35,670 nt of DNA from Octopus bimaculoides (Eukaryota), in NCBI RefSeq assembly GCF_001194135.2, contig NC_068983.1, positions 124,107,350 to 124,143,019 of the forward strand, read 5' to 3'. Below are positions 30,813 to 35,670 of the stretch, in pieces; the stretch's first letter is position 1, and the number at the start of each line of letters is the position of its first letter. The notes below the pieces were generated by a model. It was not told where the DNA came from and did not search any database. It saw only the letters and a program-made list of their open reading frames with translations. Made by a program: the position numbers and the translations under genes.

Positions 30813-33139
30813 AATGAGCTTTTTTCAGATTCCATCTACCAAATCCATTCATAAGGCTTTGGTCAGCCTGGAACTATAAGTGGAAGACACTTGCCCCATT
30901 CTTATATGTATAACTATATAGAGAGATCGGAGTAGTTTGTGAACTGAAGGAGATTTGTTTGTTATTCCTAATTCAACTAGCTACCAGGTGTGCATTTGTC
31001 TTATGTCTGTTAATGAAGAAAGTGGGAATGAGAAAGAGAGAACGAGAAAAAGAAAGAGATAGGAAGTGTGAAGCAGACTGACGGTTACAAACTACATACA
31101 CTCATACTTTTGTAACCAAAGGTATATCTGAACTTGTGCGTGCAGCTATTGCAATATCTTAAGTTTATCGAAGAGCCAATGATTTCCTTTATATCTATAC
31201 AGCTATACATTTACACCCACCCACACGCGCGCGCACATTATTTAAGCCGTGAGAAAAGTATAGTAATAGAAATTCAGTGCAAGGGAGACAACTCTTATCA
31301 CAGCATTGTGTAAGTGAAAGAGAAAGAACACTGTAAAACAGAAACTTTTTTTTTTAGTTTATTCAGAACATGAGCAACCTAGTTTCATTATATAACAAAT
31401 TGCAAATGCTAGAATTTGTTACAGAGTACAAATTGTATATAGTTTTCAACTTAAACATCCATGGTTCAGGATGAACTCTATTAATACCTCAGAATATATG
31501 TAACAGTAGTTACGTTGATTCCAAACCATACACCTCAACAAGTTGTTGGTGTACATATTATTTGTCAATTGAGAAATGTAAGTTATTCTAGTCTTGAACT
31601 ATCTACAAACATGGAGAGAAAATCTTGACTAAAGTATATTGAACATGGCAAATATTCTGCATAAATTGCCTCACAGTCTCAAATAAATGTAATACCAAGT
31701 AACAGTATGATTTTGCATATTTTGTTACAAAAAGTGTATGTGTGTGTTGTGGATAAAATGGATTTTTTTAAGGTTCCTAGGTTATGATATTTAATTTATA
31801 TTAGGTTATAATAATTTGCTTTCTTTGTCCAGCAGTCAAACTGCTGTCATCTATATTAGTTAATTTGTATCTGTCTTATACAAGAAATTTTTGTAGACTT
31901 GATCAACCAATTAATCATCTCACACACCCAAACTAATTCTCAGTTTTAAACATATTTCCTGCTACTGCATTCATAACAGTTAATTCCTCACACCATTGCT
32001 TTGTTATTATCACTCATGAAAAATGAATGTGTCAAAAGCTCCCTCTATAACCAAATATATCTGGTCAACTATATATTATTAATTGCCAATTTTATGTAGA
32101 CCACCGTTACATGAGTTAAGTAAAAGCATTAAGTGGTTAGCATTAAGTAAGGCATCCAGCAATAAAAAAATCATGCCAAAAATATAATGTACAAGCAATA
32201 CACGATCCTCTGATCAATATAGGAGGGTAATAACTCTGAATTAGAACTGACATGGATAGTGACAACCCATCCAGCCGATGTTGGCATAGAAAACAGATGG
32301 AAAATTATCAATAATGATAATATAATGAACTGATAAAAATATGACTCTTTTGGATTAGACTTTTCTAGCAGCCAATCAAATCTCAATGTATTGATAATGT
32401 AGATATCTTGATGCATTTCAGATATGATTGCATATACTTTCCTTCGCCAATTTTGCAACCGGGTTATGATTCAAGAAACTTCAACTTTTGATAAAACAAA
32501 CACTTTACTCCATGTAATGAGTGTTTTTCCCATTTTTGCTCACAGAAATGTCACCTATTGGATTCAGATGGCAGACTTTACAGAATGTCTTGCAAATGAA
32601 AAAATCATTTACTATTATTTTTTCAAGAAACTCAACTTAATGCATCAATAATTGGGACACTGAAATAGGTTTTCCATTAGATTATTATGGAGGTTTTCAT
32701 TATCTGAACATTTCAAAATAACAAATACTGGGTTACTAATCAAAAGAATAGTATCTAAGACTTTGAATTGATGACCCAGACATTAATATCAAGTATGTTG
32801 TCTCGACCCAGAAAATAACATCTTGGCTGTTGTGTTTACGTGGAGTAGAGGTTTTATTGGAATTTGTGAGCCAAGAGAAGCAAATTTAGGAGATCATAGC
32901 AGTTACCTACTAAATTATTACTGTTGGGGCAGTAGTGAAAGTGTTTTCATTGCTTTTAAAGGTAGGTGTATAAAGAGTGAGGTACTACAGATATATGTCG
33001 TTCTAAACTATCACATATATCTGTCAGACATGTTTCTTCTCTTTCTTCTCTTTTCCTGTCTGTCTTTGTATATGTGTGAATGTATGCATGTACGTGTGTG
33101 TGTGTATATATATCCATATGTATATATATATATAGGTTA

Positions 33140-33500
33140 CTTTTTACTTGTTTTAGTCATTGCACTGTGGCCATACTGGGACATCACCTTGAAAGGTTTA
33201 ATCAAACTAATCAACTGTAACACTTAAAGTTTGGTACTTATTCTATTGCTCTCCAAGTTCCAGTGATGTAAATAAACCAATGCTGGTTGTTGAGTGATGA
33301 TGGTGCAGAGAAGCACAGATGATTTAACACACACACAAACCTATACAATAGACTTTCATATGATTTCCCTCTACCAAATTCACTCATAAGGCATTGGTCC
33401 CCGGGGCTGTAGTAGAAGACATCTGCCCAAAGTTCTCTGCAGTGAGATTGAACCCAAAACCATGTGGTTGCTAAGTGGACTTCTTAACCACACAGCCATA
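33140..33500 (-). mobile_element. tRNA-derived SINE, family 2
   Basis: Head TGGCTGTGTGGTTAAG, body TCTTCTACTAC..GAATTTGGTAGA. Homologous to 34958-35306 and 35345-35608. Confidence 0.75.
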
Positions 33501-33505
33501 TCTTA

Positions 33506-33722
33506 TGAGTAAGTGCAGAAAAGTTCTTGGCTTTGGGTAAAAGAAAATACAGAAGGTTCAGTTAATTATGATTTTATTCAATATATTCCCCTCTCAGCTT
33601 CACACACTTATTGCAGCAGTCCTTCAGTTTTTCTAAGCCCTCTAAAAGAACTTGGAAGGTTGGACCCTCAGCCAAGTCTTTCATGATACCCTTAAAGGCT
33701 GGAACTTTTCAGCTCTCTATTG
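33506..33722. mobile_element. mariner-type MITE flanked by TA
   Basis: Left TGAGTAAGTGCAGAAAAGTTCTTGGCTT and right AAGGCTGGAACTTTTCAGCTCTCTATTG share the GAAAAGTTC core in inverted orientation. TA on both sides. Confidence 0.6.
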
Positions 33723-33891
33723 TAAGTCATCCCACAACACCATTTCTCTGAGGATTTCCTGGAGAAGGGGTCCTAACCACATAATGCTGAAATATAAGGT
33801 AAAAGCACAAACCATCAACTTGTATTATTTCTTACAGCTTGCATTGTTTTTGGTTTAAAAAAACAGCTTCATGCAAGCTATGCTGCTCTAA

Positions 33892-34168
33892 TNNNNNNNN
33901 NNNNNNNNNNNNNNNNNNNNNNNNNNNNNNNNNNNNNNNNNNNNNNNNNNNNNNNNNNNNNNNNNNNNNNNNNNNNNNNNNNNNNNNNNNNNNNNNNNNN
34001 NNNNNNNNNNNNNNNNNNNNNNNNNNNNNNNNNNNNNNNNNNNNNNNNNNNNNNNNNNNNNNNNNNNNNNNNNNNNNNNNNNNNNNNNNNNNNNNNNNNN
34101 NNNNNNNNNNNNNNNNNNNNNNNNNNNNNNNNNNNNNNNNNNNNNNNNNNNNNNNNNNNNNNNNNNNN
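33892..34168. other. Assembly gap (277 N) ending in (TA)n
   Basis: N run. Confidence 1.
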
Positions 34169-34203
<35 letters not shown>

Positions 34204-34206
<3 letters not shown>

Positions 34207-34645
34207 GAAATATAGATGTCACTAAAGTGACGACAGTTACTAATCAGCACCAGTATTGCTAGAAATAAGAGTCAAAACAACTCAATAGCCATGGAAAGCA
34301 CTGTCTTAATGACTAATAAGGGAGGCAAGCTCCTTACAACAGCTGACATAGCCAGATCATCGATGATTTTGCATTTTAGCACTCATTAGTGACTCTCACC
34401 ATGCCTAGGGTTTAACTCAGCTTTCCTTGTCAGTTTATATGATTTCCGTTGAAATTACGTGCTGATTTCTCAAACAGTAGAAGTGGAAATTATAAATAGT
34501 ATGGGTGGCTTATTCGCAATTTTACACCCTAAAGGCAGAAATATAAACGTTGCTAAAGTGACAAAGGACACTAATCAGCACTAGTATTGCTAGAAATAAG
34601 AGTCAAAACAACTCAATAGCCACAGAAAGCACTATCTTAATGACT
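34204..34645 (+). repeat. Pair of about 111-bp direct repeats (34204-34314 and 34535-34645)
   Basis: The core AGTATTGCTAGAAATAAGAGTCAAAACAACTCAATAGCCA is identical in both copies; period 331 bp. Confidence 0.9.
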
Positions 34646-34719
34646 TAATGACTACATATGTATATACACACACACTTCCATAAGAATGTGTGTTTATATA
34701 TATATGCATACATATATAT

Positions 34720-34868
34720 ATTTTAATGGGGGAGGCCGGTTTATGGGATTACCTTGGGTTTCCCATCCATAAAGGTTTAGCTTTATGGTGTATCGTCAGA
34801 TCCCAAAACCTGTTAGCCTAGACAGGGAACCCAGGGTAATCCCTTAAACTAGCCTCCACCATTAAAAT
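34720..34868. mobile_element. MITE-like element with about 44-bp imperfect TIRs
   Basis: ATTTTAATGGGGGAGGCCGGTTTATGGGATTACCTTGGGTTTCCC is inverted as GGGAACCCAGGGTAATCCCTTAAACTAGCCTCCACCATTAAAAT. TTAA lies near both ends. Confidence 0.7.
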
Positions 34869-34957
34869 GCACACTGCTCTACATCTTAGAGTATGCTTTT
34901 TCTCTGGATTTATGTTTTCTACAAACGATATATATATATATATACACACATATACAA

Positions 34958-35306
34958 GGCTGTACATTAAGAAGCTTGCTTCCCAACTACATGGTTCTGG
35001 GTTCAGCATCTTGACCTTGGGCAAATGCCTTCTACTATAGCCTCGGGCCAACCATAGTCTTGTGAGTGGATTTGGTACACAGAAACTCAAAGAAATCTAT
35101 TGTATATATATATATGTGTGTGTGTGTGTGTTTGTTTGCACCACTTGACAACCAGTGTTGGTGTGTTTACCTCCCCGTAACTTAGTGGTTTGGCAAAAGA
35201 GACTGATAGAATAAGTACTAGGCTTAAAAAAAAAAGTCCTGTGGTGAATTTGTTCAGCTAAAACCCTGCATGGCTGCAATCAAAAATGATTGAAACAAGT
35301 AAAAAT
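34958..35306 (+). mobile_element. tRNA-derived SINE family 2 with internal (TA)/(TG) microsatellite
   Basis: Head, GGGCAAATGCCTTCTACTATAGCCTCGGGC body and GAAACAAGTAAAA tail. Confidence 0.75.
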
Positions 35307-35344
35307 ATAATCAACATCATGAGTTTTACATTCATTTTTCATTT

Positions 35345-35608
35345 CAATGGGGATGTAAACACACCAGCATTGGTTGTCAAGCGATGTTGGTGGGACAAAC
35401 ACAGACACACAAAGACACACATATATATATACATATACATATATACGATGGACTTCTTTCAGTTTCCATCTACCAAATCCACTCACAAGGCTTTGGTCAG
35501 CCCGAGGCTATAGTAGAAGACACTTGCCCAAGGTGCAATGCAGTGGGACTGAACCTGGAACCATGTGGTTGGTAAGCAAGCTACTTACCACACAGCCACT
35601 CCTGCACC
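35345..35608 (-). mobile_element. tRNA-derived SINE family 2, young head, 3' end disrupted
   Basis: A-box-like TGGCTGTGTGG and B-box-like GGTTCAGTCCC on the minus strand. Confidence 0.8.
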
Positions 35609-35618
35609 TATATATATC

Positions 35619-35662
<44 letters not shown>

Positions 35663-35670
35663 TCATCATC
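35609..35670. repeat. (TA)n microsatellite ending in (CAT)n
   Basis: Read directly. Confidence 0.9.

Noticed and set aside
32424-32651. 75-aa ORF with a repeated TTCAAGAAACT(T)CAACTT (32470 and 32622)
   Set aside because: No recognisable product and no coherent splice model. The short repeat may be chance or a decayed duplication.
32794-32961. Possible symmetric 168-nt exon (CCLDPENNILAVVFTWSRGFIGICEPRE...) with AAG|gtaggt donor
   Set aside because: Weak acceptor, no partner exons, and no family recognised; unsupported without RNA-seq.
33839-34250. ORFs of 114-128 aa in the ORF track
   Set aside because: Artefacts of the N gap and (TA)n microsatellite.
1-35670. CRISPR array, rRNA or genuine tRNA genes
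   Set aside because: No repeat-spacer periodicity or rRNA sequence was seen. The tRNA-like boxes all belong to multi-copy SINE heads.

Overview
AT-rich, repeat-dense animal genomic DNA. An octopod cephalopod is the most likely source; this is inferred from the SINE, RTE and microsatellite content and is not proven. Two spliced genes sit head-to-head with 191 bp between their start codons. (1) A complete 10-exon CCT5 (TCP-1 epsilon chaperonin) on the minus strand, CDS 23235->10254, 540 aa, all introns GT-AG. (2) A 3-exon, 90-aa TEX49/SPMIP11-like ciliary or sperm microtubule inner protein on the plus strand, 23427->28013, absent from the ORF track. The rest is transposon debris: RTE LINEs, tRNA-derived SINEs, Chapaev3, Tc1/mariner, hAT and possibly piggyBac relics, MITEs, microsatellites and three N gaps. 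The most unusual signal is two unrelated families of short non-autonomous DNA transposons that carry telomere-type TTAGGG repeats inside their inverted repeats. Family A has GGTACTACT ends and a 9-bp target-site duplication (TSD); family B has GGTAATTTT ends and an 8-bp TSD. Both look Merlin-like. They account for all the TTAGGG arrays here, including the one at position 1, which is not a chromosome end. All coordinates and counts were read by eye; no database searches were run.
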